64,000 bases of DNA from Candidatus Neomicrothrix sp. UBA2974 (GCA_002348705.1 DEAU01000014.1:35699-99698); one strand, 5' to 3'. Positions 39,235 through 48,520 are shown, numbered from the stretch's first letter. Numbers and translations: made by a program. The notes: generated from the sequence alone by a model not told the origin.

Positions 39235-41289
39235 TTACAGGTACTGGAGGAGTCGTCGGGCATCGAGTAGGGCTGAGGCGACGTCACGGCTCGCCACGCA
39301 GTCGCCGATGCGGTACACGAGCGGTCCCGTATTATCCAAGAAGACTGGCTGAGGACTCCCGGCGGCGAGGGCGGCCAGGTCTGAGACGCCGTCATTGGTC
39401 GATTTCAGTCTCAACGCTCGGAACAACGCATCCTCGGGAACCACGCCGTGTTCTACCACCACTGCGTCAACGATGCGTTCCACCTCAACCCGGGTGTATT
39501 CGTTGCGCAGAACCACCCGGAGCGCTTCATCCTCGGATTGTCCAGTCCGCTCGACCTGAACCAGTCTGTGGTCCGGCGTCATTGTCACCGCTCCGCCGTA
39601 GAGCATCCGTAGGTACGTCGGACCGAGTGGCGTGGCCAAATCAAGCCCGATGTGGCGGTCCGGTGTCGCAACTTCGAGGTCTTCCAACCCGACTTCAACC
39701 AGGTGTTCGACGACAGCGAGACCCCGCTCTGCACCATGATCATCAAATACCAGCACCCGTCCGAACGGCCGCACGTGGCCGCCGAGGACGTCCCACGACG
39801 AATAGACAAGATCCGCTCCCTCGTCCAACACCCAAGACGGGTCAGGCCCTCCGCCGGTGGCCACCACAACTACGTCAGGCTCCTCGCTCCATACTTCGTC
39901 AACACCCACCGGCGTGGCCAGTCGGACGTCCACTGCGAGATATCGAACCTCACCGACTAGCCAGTCGATGAGGCCGGCGACTTCCCGCTGTCGTTCCGCT
40001 GCCCGTGCCATCAGCGCCAACTGTCCGCCTAGCCTGTTCTGGGCTTCGAACAGGACAACCTCATGACCGCGTTCGGCACACGTCCGAGCCGCTTCCAGAC
40101 CCGCCGGGCCTCCGCCCACCACCACCACCCGCCGTTTCGGGTCCTCGGACCGGGTCACCAACTGCGGCACAGTCGTCTCCCGCCCGGTCGCCGGGTTCTG
40201 GATGCACACCGAGTCGAGGCCAAGGTGTAACCGGTTGATACAGAGTGATGCGCCCACGCAAACCCTTATCCGGTCGGCCTCACCGCGGGCGAGTTTTGAA
40301 ACCAAATGTGGATCGGCGAAGTGAGCACGGGTCATGCCGACTAAGTCCACGACACCGGATTCCACGGCGTGGCGAGCCGTGGCTACATCGGTCACCCGGG
40401 TTGCGTGCAGAATTGGCACCTCGGTGGCTGCACGCACCGCCGCAACTACCGTCAGATACGGGGCCAGTGGCGTACCCGCCGGTGGGATGGCCTTCGACAG
40501 ACCATCGTCGGTGGCCAAAGATGGTCCGGCCACGTTCAAAAAGTCGATAAGTCCCGACTCGGCGAGACTCACAGCGATTGCGCAGCAGTCGTCGGCTGTC
40601 AGTCCTCCCGGCTGATCCTCGGTGCCGAGCATGCGAAGGCCGACCCGTAACCGTCCGTCTGCGGTCTTCTGGACCGCTTCTAGCACCTCGAACGTCAGCC
40701 TCAGCCGATTCTCCAGCGAGCCCCCGTAGTTGTCGGTGCGGCGATTCACCAAGGGTGACCAGAACTGGTCCAGTAGGTGGCTGGTGGCGAGAAGTTCGAT
40801 CCCGTCAAGCCCGGCGTCGACGGCTCTACGGGTGGCCATCGCGAAATCGGCCACTACCCGCTCTAGGTCGGCCGGCTCAGCCTCCTTGGGCCAAAAACGG
40901 TGCATGGGCTCGCGCACCGGCGACGGGGCAATTGTGGGTAGCCAGGCGCCGTCATTAGAAACGTTACGGCGCCCCATGTGGGTGAGTTGGCACATTATGG
41001 CCGCGCCGTGGCCATGGATTCGCTCCACCATGACAGCCAACGGATCTATTACGGCGTCGGTGGCGAACGACAATTGGCCCCAAAGCGATGCTGAGTCGAT
41101 CGACACATTCGACGAGCCGCCGATCATGGTGAGCCCGATCCCGCCTAGGGCCTTCTCTTCGTGATAGCGGACATAACGGTCACTGGGAGTGCCATCAACG
41201 TTGTAACCCGGCGAATGACTGCTGGAGAACACCCGGTTCCGTAGACGTAGGCCGGCGAGGTCGAACGGTTCGAGAAGAGGGTCGTTCAA
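39235..41289 (-). CDS. two-domain flavoprotein: OYE-like FMN barrel + FAD/NAD(P) domain (2,4-dienoyl-CoA reductase / DgcA / StcD N-demethylase family)
   Basis: 684 aa. TTG start after GGAGA. LRLRNRVFSSSHS N-terminus, Cys motif C-x5-C-x11-C, VVVVGGGPAGLEAA dinucleotide fold. Confidence 0.85.
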   Translation of the reverse strand: MNDPLLEPFDLAGLRLRNRVFSSSHSPGYNVDGTPSDRYVRYHEEKALGGIGLTMIGGSSNVSIDSASLWGQLSFATDAVIDPLAVMVERIHGHGAAIMCQLTHMGRRNVSNDGAWLPTIAPSPVREPMHRFWPKEAEPADLERVVADFAMATRRAVDAGLDGIELLATSHLLDQFWSPLVNRRTDNYGGSLENRLRLTFEVLEAVQKTADGRLRVGLRMLGTEDQPGGLTADDCCAIAVSLAESGLIDFLNVAGPSLATDDGLSKAIPPAGTPLAPYLTVVAAVRAATEVPILHATRVTDVATARHAVESGVVDLVGMTRAHFADPHLVSKLARGEADRIRVCVGASLCINRLHLGLDSVCIQNPATGRETTVPQLVTRSEDPKRRVVVVGGGPAGLEAARTCAERGHEVVLFEAQNRLGGQLALMARAAERQREVAGLIDWLVGEVRYLAVDVRLATPVGVDEVWSEEPDVVVVATGGGPDPSWVLDEGADLVYSSWDVLGGHVRPFGRVLVFDDHGAERGLAVVEHLVEVGLEDLEVATPDRHIGLDLATPLGPTYLRMLYGGAVTMTPDHRLVQVERTGQSEDEALRVVLRNEYTRVEVERIVDAVVVEHGVVPEDALFRALRLKSTNDGVSDLAALAAGSPQPVFLDNTGPLVYRIGDCVASRDVASALLDARRLLQYL

Positions 41290-41332
41290 ACCATTCTCCG
41301 CTCAGACGGGATGCGTTCCGGGAGCCGCTGCC

Positions 41333-41348
41333 TCAGACAAGTGTCTGA
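41333..41348. promoter_or_regulatory. 7-2-7 palindrome TCAGACA-ag-TGTCTGA upstream of the six-gene operon
   Basis: Perfect inverted repeat 44-59 nt upstream of the flavoprotein start (41289), in the 138-nt gap after cysC. Confidence 0.3.
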
Positions 41349-41427
41349 TACAGCAGCACCAGCGGTGGTCGCGCGGACGTAGGTCCGGAGACTTGGCAAG
41401 GCCCGCGAGTTCAGCCGCACGAACCTT

Positions 41428-42060
41428 CTACCCAACTGTTTCTGGTTCTCGGCCGATCCCTAGATGCCTGAGGACAGCCAGAACGCATGTCTCCAGAGGT
41501 TCAGAGGCATCCAAATGGAGGTCAGGCTCGGCTGGCTCCTCGTATGGGGCGGAAACCCCACTGAACTCTGGAATTTCGCCGGTCCTAGCGCGGGCGTAGA
41601 GCCCTTTCACATCTCTCTCCTCACAGGTCTCGAGCGAAGCGTCAACGAACACCTCGGAGAACGTTCCTGCTGGGTGAAGGGCCCGGACAGTTGAACGATC
41701 GGCCCGATATGGAGAGATGAACGCTGAGATGACGACGAGGCCCGCATCTTGGAAGAGTCGACAGACTTCACCCACTCGCCGGATGTTCTCGGTGCGATCC
41801 TCGGGCGAAAATCCCAAGTCGCGATTGAGAGCCAAACGAACGTTGTCGCCGTCGAGGACGTAGGCGGCGATTCCCCTATCGACTAGTGCCGCTTCTACCG
41901 AGTAGGCGATACTCGACTTGCCCGACCCCGACAGTCCAGTTAGCCAGACGGTATGACCTGCATGGCCGGTGACAAGGGCTCGTCGCTCGGAACCAACTTG
42001 GCCGTCGGTTCGAGTGAGGTTCCGATTCCCACCAGATGCAGGGAGGACTCCGTCAGACAT
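41428..42060 (-). CDS. cysC: adenylyl-sulfate (APS) kinase, stand-alone
   Basis: 210 aa. Canonical GLSGSGKSS P-loop, LDGDNVR, FISPYRADR, DVKGLY, SAPYEEP. 8-nt overlap with the cysNC stop. Confidence 0.9.
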   Translation of the reverse strand: MSDGVLPASGGNRNLTRTDGQVGSERRALVTGHAGHTVWLTGLSGSGKSSIAYSVEAALVDRGIAAYVLDGDNVRLALNRDLGFSPEDRTENIRRVGEVCRLFQDAGLVVISAFISPYRADRSTVRALHPAGTFSEVFVDASLETCEERDVKGLYARARTGEIPEFSGVSAPYEEPAEPDLHLDASEPLETCVLAVLRHLGIGREPETVG

Positions 42061-43972
42061 CGATCACTCCGCGCTCGACGAGCAGTTTGAGAATGGCGTC
42101 GACGCACTCATCGACACTCTGGACTGACGCATCGAGCCGTAACTCCATATCGGTCGGCTGTTCGTAGTCCGACGAGACTCCTGGAAAGTTCGGAATCTCG
42201 CCTCGGTCCGCAGCCTCGTAATGGCCGTTCGGGTCCCGCTGGCGGCATACGTCGAGTGGGGTGTCTACGAATACTTCCAGAAATCGGTGTCCGCCAATGA
42301 GTTCCCGAGCCCTATCCCGCACCTCAACCTCGGGAGCGACGAGCGCTGCAATTGCGATCAGGCCTTGCCGGTTAGCGAGTAGAGCTACTTCGGCCACACG
42401 GCGAAGGTTCTCGGAACGGTCTTGGGAACTGAAGCCAAGGTCTCGGCTAATCCCAAGTCGAACATTCTCTCCATCAAGACGGACCGTCGTGCGTCCCAGG
42501 TCGAACAGGCGACGCTCCAGAGCGGCGGCGATAGTTGACTTTCCGGCAGCAGTTAGGCCTGTCAGAAGAACAGTGCACGGCCGTTGACCGAGACGGGCAA
42601 CCCTCTCCTCGGGAGTGATTTCGGAGCGATAGCGGACCAGTCCACCATCAGGTTCACGATCCCACCCCGAGGTGGCGCCAAGGATCATTCCTGCGGCCAC
42701 CGTAGCGTTGGTCATGCGGTCTACGAGAACGAAGGAACCGGTCTGGCGTCCCTCGCTGTAGGGGTCGAAAAGCAGGGCCCGCTCGGCCACCAACGTGCAG
42801 CACGCGATGTCATTCAGCGCTAGCGCATCGGCCGAGACTTCCTCACCACTGTTGACATCGATCCTGTGGTGTATGGCTGCCAATGAGGCGTCGACCTCGC
42901 CTCCGATTGAGCGCAGGATGAGGCGCCGGCCCGGTTTGACCGGGTCAGCGGCCATCCATACCAGGGTGGCGTTGACATCATGAGCCCGCGCAGGATGATG
43001 GTCGACACCGACGAGCAGGTCACCGCGGCTCACATCAATCTCGTCGGCAAGCGTGATGGTTACAGCGTCGCCGGGTTGGGCCTCGTCGAGATCACCGTCG
43101 AAGGTAACAATTCGTTCAACCGTAGATCTGACCGCCGATGGAAGAGCGACGACTTCGTCACCTAGGCGAAGCTTTCCGGCGGCAATAGTTCCGGCGAATC
43201 CTCGGAAGTCGAGGTCTGGCCGAACGACCAGTTGGACGGGAAACCGCAGCCAATCGAGATCAAGTGACTCAGATACGTCGACGGTCTCCAGGTATTCCAT
43301 GAGGGGCGGCCCGTCGTGCCAGCTGAGGTGTGAGCTTCTATCCACCACATTGTCGCCGTGGAGGGCGGATATGGGCATGTAGTGGGCATCAACCACGCCG
43401 AGACCGGAGGCAAAGGTCTGATGCTCGGCCGCCACCTCGTCGAACCGGTCCTGCGACCAGCCCACTAGGTCCATCTTGTTTATGGCCACGACCAGGTTTT
43501 GGATTCCCAGAAGATGGGCGATGAGTGTGTGTCGACGGGTCTGATCGAGGACTCCGTTTCGGGCATCGACCAGAACAACTGCGAGTTGGCAGTTGGAAGC
43601 GCCCGTCACCATATTTCGGGTGTACTGCTCGTGTCCGGGAGTGTCAGCGACGATGAACTTTCGTCTGGAAGTTGAGAAATAGCGGTAAGCCACATCAATG
43701 GTGATGCCCTGCTCGCGTTCCGCCTTCAAACCATCCATGAGAAGGGCTAGGTCCAGACCATCACCGGCCGACCCCATCGTCGTTGAGTCCGCTTCCAAAC
43801 TCGCCAGTTGGTCTTCGTAAATCATCGCCGAATCGTGGAGGAGGCGACCGATGAGTGTCGACTTGCCGTCGTCCACGCTGCCACACGTCAACAGCCTCAG
43901 GAGATCCTTTCGTTCGTGCTCAGCTAGATAGGCATCAATATCTGTGGCAATGAGCTCGGAGGCGTGGGACAT
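42053..43972 (-). CDS. cysNC: sulfate adenylyltransferase subunit 1 fused to an APS-kinase-like domain
   Basis: 639 aa. GTPase motifs GSVDDGKSTLIGRLL, DTPGH, NKMD. C-terminal ~185 aa are kinase-like with divergent motifs (GLTAAGKST, LDGENVR, LVAPEVEVR, DPNGHY). Confidence 0.9.
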   Translation of the reverse strand: MSHASELIATDIDAYLAEHERKDLLRLLTCGSVDDGKSTLIGRLLHDSAMIYEDQLASLEADSTTMGSAGDGLDLALLMDGLKAEREQGITIDVAYRYFSTSRRKFIVADTPGHEQYTRNMVTGASNCQLAVVLVDARNGVLDQTRRHTLIAHLLGIQNLVVAINKMDLVGWSQDRFDEVAAEHQTFASGLGVVDAHYMPISALHGDNVVDRSSHLSWHDGPPLMEYLETVDVSESLDLDWLRFPVQLVVRPDLDFRGFAGTIAAGKLRLGDEVVALPSAVRSTVERIVTFDGDLDEAQPGDAVTITLADEIDVSRGDLLVGVDHHPARAHDVNATLVWMAADPVKPGRRLILRSIGGEVDASLAAIHHRIDVNSGEEVSADALALNDIACCTLVAERALLFDPYSEGRQTGSFVLVDRMTNATVAAGMILGATSGWDREPDGGLVRYRSEITPEERVARLGQRPCTVLLTGLTAAGKSTIAAALERRLFDLGRTTVRLDGENVRLGISRDLGFSSQDRSENLRRVAEVALLANRQGLIAIAALVAPEVEVRDRARELIGGHRFLEVFVDTPLDVCRQRDPNGHYEAADRGEIPNFPGVSSDYEQPTDMELRLDASVQSVDECVDAILKLLVERGVIDV

Positions 43973-44880
43973 CAGAAGTAGCCCTCCCGCTTCTTTTCCT
44001 CCATCGAGCCCGCTTGATCGTGATCGATGACACGGCCCTCTCGTTCTGACCGAGTCGCAAGCAGCATTTCCTGGATAACTTCAGGCAACGTGGTCGCGGT
44101 GGACTCCACGGCCCCGGAGAGCGGATAACAGCCGAGCGTGCGAAATCTCACCGCGCGCATCTCAGGCGATTCGCCGTCAGTGAGCCTGAAACGCTCGTCG
44201 TCAACCATGATCAATGTGCCGTCCCTCTCCACCACCGGCCTAACGGCAGAAAAGTAGAGGGGCACGATCGAAATCTGCTCAAGATGGATGTACTGCCAGA
44301 CGTCCAGTTCAGTCCAGTTGCTGATTGGAAAAACCCGAATGCTCTCTCCCCGATGCACGCGACCGTTGTAGAGGTTCCAGAGTTCGGGTCGCTGGTTTTT
44401 TGGGTCCCAGCGGTGGTGCCGATCTCGGAAGCTGAAGACGCGCTCCTTGGCTCGGGATCGCTCCTCGTCGCGGCGGGCTCCGCCAAATGCTGCATCGAAT
44501 CCACCAGCCTCTAGGGCCTGCTTCAATGCCTCCGTCTTCATGACGTCGGTGTAGTTCCGAGACCCATGGTCGAAGGGATTGATGCCAGCCGCCACGCCCT
44601 CCTCGTTGGTGTGCACCACCAGTTCTAGGTCAAGGTCAGCAGCTGTACGATCGCGGAATTCGATCATCTCCCGGAACTTCCATGTGGTGTCCACATGAAG
44701 AAGCGGAAATGGGATGCGTCCGGGGTGGAACGCCTTCCGGGCCAGATGAAGCAGGACTGAAGAGTCCTTTCCGATGGAGTACAGCATGACCGGTCGCTCG
44801 AACTGAGCTACCACTTCGCGCATCACATGGATGCTCTCGGCTTCGAGTTGCTGCAGATGTGTGCGACGCATGACGTTCAC
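43972..44880 (-). CDS. cysD: sulfate adenylyltransferase subunit 2
   Basis: 302 aa. [29 protein letters not shown] (PP-loop). TGATG overlap with cysNC. The start is GTG 44880 or ATG 44871. Confidence 0.92.
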   Translation of the reverse strand: MNVMRRTHLQQLEAESIHVMREVVAQFERPVMLYSIGKDSSVLLHLARKAFHPGRIPFPLLHVDTTWKFREMIEFRDRTAADLDLELVVHTNEEGVAAGINPFDHGSRNYTDVMKTEALKQALEAGGFDAAFGGARRDEERSRAKERVFSFRDRHHRWDPKNQRPELWNLYNGRVHRGESIRVFPISNWTELDVWQYIHLEQISIVPLYFSAVRPVVERDGTLIMVDDERFRLTDGESPEMRAVRFRTLGCYPLSGAVESTATTLPEVIQEMLLATRSEREGRVIDHDQAGSMEEKKREGYF

Positions 44881-45230
44881 GACAGTCCTAGACGGACGTC
44901 TCCACGGCGCCGCTGGTCCCAGTCGAGTGCGTCCGAGTCACAAAGGCGGTTCCAATTTAAAACGAGGTTGCCTTCAGTAGTCGATACGACGTCGACTCGA
45001 CCGCGTAACGCAGAGACATCGACTCCGGGGCAAGAAACGGAAATATGTTCGGCCATTAGCGCCACACAATCCTCGTTGACCCCGGACCGGCGTCGCCGAT
45101 CTCCGGTTCTAGGCGGCACGCGATCTGTCCTTATTCCAATACTGACTGAACGGTCGTTCAGCGTACTCGGCGCGATCTGGCCCCTAGCCGCCGATCGCAC
45201 ATTTCCAACCCTGGGCTGGAAAGTCACCAT
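44877..45230 (-). CDS. questionable small ORF upstream of cysD
   Basis: 117-aa ORF whose TGA overlaps the cysD GTG (GTGA). No motif, moderate third-position GC, several rare codons. Could equally be a non-coding leader. Confidence 0.2.
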   Translation of the reverse strand: MVTFQPRVGNVRSAARGQIAPSTLNDRSVSIGIRTDRVPPRTGDRRRRSGVNEDCVALMAEHISVSCPGVDVSALRGRVDVVSTTEGNLVLNWNRLCDSDALDWDQRRRGDVRLGLS

Positions 45231-45350
45231 CTACGAAAATTGGCCGGAGTAGCTAGCCCAACGACCCCGCGGCTTGGCGACTTTGGTTCATCGCCCGGGC
45301 AGGTAGCGCCCGGTTCCGTTGCTCAACCACACTTTCCGTAGGGTCGCACC

Positions 45351-46877
45351 ATGGTCGACCCCGTTGGGCCTTCCGTGGACAGAACTCATCTCGACGTTCT
45401 GATCGTCGGAGCAGGCATCTCAGGCATCAGCGGTGCCGTCCACCTGAAGGAGCGCTGTCCGGACCGGTCTTTCGCCGTCCTGGAGGGACGCTCTGATATT
45501 GGAGGAACTTGGGACCTCTTCCGCTATCCGGGTGTGCGATCCGACAGCGATATGCACACCCTGGGTTACCGGTTCAAGCCATGGCGGCACGAGAAGTCGA
45601 TCGCCGATGGACCGAGCATCATGGAGTACCTCAGAGAGACCATCGCCGAGTACGACCTGGCCAGGCATATCAGATTTGGCCATCGTGTGGTCCGAGCCGA
45701 GTGGTCCAGCACTCAATCCTGTTGGACAGTTACTGCCAGACATTCTGACCCAAGTACTGGCGCTTTTGATGAAGTTGTCCTGACGTGTGGTTTTCTTTTC
45801 ATGTGTTCCGGGTACTACAGCTACCACGAGGGCTATACACCGGACTTTGCAGGACAGGAGCGTTTCCAAGGGCCAATCGTCCATCCGCAGGAGTGGCCGG
45901 AGGACCTCACCTACAACGGACGACGGATTGTGGTCATCGGCTCTGGAGCAACAGCGATGACTCTGGTTCCCGCACTGGCCCAAACCGCCGGACACGTAAT
46001 CATGCTCCAGAGGTCACCCACCTACGTGGTTGCCCGACCATCCTTCGATGTGGTAGCTAACCGGCTCCGGAAGATCCTTCCCGATCGCTGGGCTTACGCC
46101 ATTACGAGACGGAAGAATGTCTTCCGACAGGGCCTCGTATACCGAAAGACCAGAACCAATCCCGACAAGATCCGGGACCTGCTGCTTTCAGGCGTTCGTG
46201 CAGGGTTGGGCACCGACTACGACGTCGACAGCCACTTCACTCCAACCTACGACCCCTGGGACCAGAGGCTCTGCTTAATCCCCGATGGGGACCTGTTCAA
46301 GGCAATTCGCTCTGGAAGGGCCTCGGTGATCACCGCCCACATCGACACCTTTACAGAACACGGAATCCGGCTGCAGGATGGAAGTGAGATCAATGCCGAC
46401 ATCATCGTGACGGCTACCGGCCTCAACTTGGTCACCCTCGGAGAAATGGATTTCATAGTCGACGACGTGCCGGTCGACTTCGCCCGCACGTGGACCTACC
46501 GCGGCCTCGCCTACTCAGGCATTCCGAACTTGGTCTCGACCTTTGGTTATGTCAACGCTTCTTGGACCCTCAAGGCTGACCTCACATCCGAGTACGTATG
46601 TCGACTCCTGCGCCACATGGCGGCCATAGGTGCCACTCGCTGCATTCCCCAGTTGCGCCCAGAGGATGCCGAGATGCCGAAACGTAAATGGATCGAGAAC
46701 TTTCCGGCCGGCTACATGGAACGAACCATGCACCTCCTCCCCCGCCAAGGCGACCGCTCTCCCTGGTTGAACCCCCAGGACTACCGACGGGACGTCAAGA
46801 TGATCCGTCGGGGCGCCATAGACGATGGAGTCATGACCTTCGACGCCCCAGAACTGACGGCCGCGTCGGCCGTTTGA
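45351..46877 (+). CDS. flavin-dependent Baeyer-Villiger/FMO-type monooxygenase (EthA-like)
   Basis: 508 aa. VLIVGAGISGISGA, BVMO fingerprint FQGPIVHPQEWP, second Rossmann motif VIGSGATA. Confidence 0.88.
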   Translation: MVDPVGPSVDRTHLDVLIVGAGISGISGAVHLKERCPDRSFAVLEGRSDIGGTWDLFRYPGVRSDSDMHTLGYRFKPWRHEKSIADGPSIMEYLRETIAEYDLARHIRFGHRVVRAEWSSTQSCWTVTARHSDPSTGAFDEVVLTCGFLFMCSGYYSYHEGYTPDFAGQERFQGPIVHPQEWPEDLTYNGRRIVVIGSGATAMTLVPALAQTAGHVIMLQRSPTYVVARPSFDVVANRLRKILPDRWAYAITRRKNVFRQGLVYRKTRTNPDKIRDLLLSGVRAGLGTDYDVDSHFTPTYDPWDQRLCLIPDGDLFKAIRSGRASVITAHIDTFTEHGIRLQDGSEINADIIVTATGLNLVTLGEMDFIVDDVPVDFARTWTYRGLAYSGIPNLVSTFGYVNASWTLKADLTSEYVCRLLRHMAAIGATRCIPQLRPEDAEMPKRKWIENFPAGYMERTMHLLPRQGDRSPWLNPQDYRRDVKMIRRGAIDDGVMTFDAPELTAASAV

Positions 46878-46919
46878 CAGAAAGCCCAACCTCCTACCTG
46901 ACCCATGATCGGAGACAAG

Positions 46920-47831
46920 ATGCGTATCGCCGCCGTCCAGGACTCACCGGCATTCCTCGACCGGACCACCACGATTGAGATCGTCCGCTCCCGGATAGCC
47001 GAGGCAGGATCAGGCGGCGCTGACCTGATCGCCTTCCCTGAGGTGTTCCTCATGGGGTACCCGGTGTGGATAGACAACACGGACGCGTCGGCATGGGAGA
47101 AACCCGACCAACAGGAGGCGTTCGCGCGATACCTCGACCAGTCAGTCGACTTATCCAGCGACGAATTTGGGACCGTCGTCGAAGCAGTGCGGGAGTCCGG
47201 GGCTTTCACCTACTTGGGAGTCGTCGAAAAGGCTGTCTCACGTGGCTCCGTCTACTGCTCATTGGTTGCCATTGATCCCATTTCCGGGATCGTCGGTGTT
47301 CACCGCAAACTCAAGCCGACCTACGGCGAACGCCTCGTTTGGAGCGATGGCGACGGGGCGGGTCTCGTGGCCCACGACCACCAGGGTGTCCGACTGACCG
47401 GCCTGAGTTGCTGGGAAAACTGGATGCCTCTCGCCCGCACCGCCATGTATGGCACTGGCGCACAAGTCCATGTGGCGGCCTGGCCTGGATCGGCGGGCCT
47501 CACCGAGGACATCACTCGCTTTATAGCCAAGGAGGGTCGCATATTCGTGGTCAGCGTCGGGGCGGTCTATGACTCCGCGATGCTTCCCGACGATTTTCCA
47601 CTCAACGAGCAGATTCCTGACGGCCAGAAGTTCCACGACGGTGGTACCTGTATCGCCGGGCCGGACGGATGCTGGGTGGTCGAGCCAGTCCGCCATACGA
47701 AGGGCATCATTTGGGCAGAACTTGAGATCGGAGAAGTCGCTCGGCAACGACAGAACTTCGACCCAACTGGCCATTACAGCCGACCTGACGTGCTACGCCT
47801 CGATGTCAGTCGCACTCGACTTGCTCCCTAA
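46920..47831 (+). CDS. nitrilase / carbon-nitrogen hydrolase
   Basis: ORF track 46905..47831. ATG 46920 follows GGAGA. Glu-Lys-Cys triad contexts AFPEVF, HRKLKPT, LSCWENWMP. Confidence 0.85.
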   Translation: MRIAAVQDSPAFLDRTTTIEIVRSRIAEAGSGGADLIAFPEVFLMGYPVWIDNTDASAWEKPDQQEAFARYLDQSVDLSSDEFGTVVEAVRESGAFTYLGVVEKAVSRGSVYCSLVAIDPISGIVGVHRKLKPTYGERLVWSDGDGAGLVAHDHQGVRLTGLSCWENWMPLARTAMYGTGAQVHVAAWPGSAGLTEDITRFIAKEGRIFVVSVGAVYDSAMLPDDFPLNEQIPDGQKFHDGGTCIAGPDGCWVVEPVRHTKGIIWAELEIGEVARQRQNFDPTGHYSRPDVLRLDVSRTRLAP

Positions 47832-48070
47832 AAGACCCGGAGGAGAAATTGTCTTAGAGCCAGCCGGACTCTGCCCAACTCGACGATTCGACATGCCGAA
47901 GCCCAACTAAAACCAAACTTTTACTCCCGCTCAAGCCATCTGACTCGATTGAACGGTCCGTCCGCAGCAAGCCCAGGTCAGCAGCGAACCCAATCACTCC
48001 TCTAGCTCGCCTGCATCACCAGAGCCACTAGACAATTCAGCGTCCAAGAGAGACCCAGCGGTGCACCTGC

Positions 48071-48397
48071 TCAGCTGCCGGGTGGACGGTAGGTAGCGCT
48101 CCGGGCCTTCTCAGCTGCGCCATCAACAGCCTCTACCGGAAGTAGCGGTGTGATCCGAATCTGAACCTTGCCGCTCGCTGACACAGCCAGACTGGCAGCG
48201 GCGGCTGATGAATCATCTGGCATTTCAGCAACTCCGACGATGTCGTCAGACCCCCAGATGAAGTACAGGCTCTCCACCGTTCCCCCGAGAGCACTAATCA
48301 AGCCAGAGGCCTCCTCAATTCGGCTGGAACCACCCTCAGCAATCAAGCCCTTCGTCCCATCTGCTGTGTATGAACCCTGGATTAGGTAGTGCGGCAT
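48071..48397 (-). CDS. GYD-domain protein
   Basis: 108 aa. MPHYLIQGSYT...GG.VESLYFIWGSDDIVGVAEMPDD matches the GYD family pattern. Confidence 0.7.
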   Translation of the reverse strand: MPHYLIQGSYTADGTKGLIAEGGSSRIEEASGLISALGGTVESLYFIWGSDDIVGVAEMPDDSSAAAASLAVSASGKVQIRITPLLPVEAVDGAAEKARSATYRPPGS

Positions 48398-48520
48398 CGT
48401 GGTGCTCCTTTCATCACGTAGACAACGATTGTCGTCGACCCTCCCATCAGAGCACTTTCGTTTCGTCGACGCCAGATCAACTAGACAAATACCTGTTCAC
48501 CTCCCATTAACTTCGGACCG

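Noticed and set aside
39213-39971. 252-aa ORF on the plus strand across the end of the flavoprotein gene
   Set aside because: Extremely Arg/Pro-rich nonsense-like sequence, antisense to a well-supported 684-aa flavoprotein.
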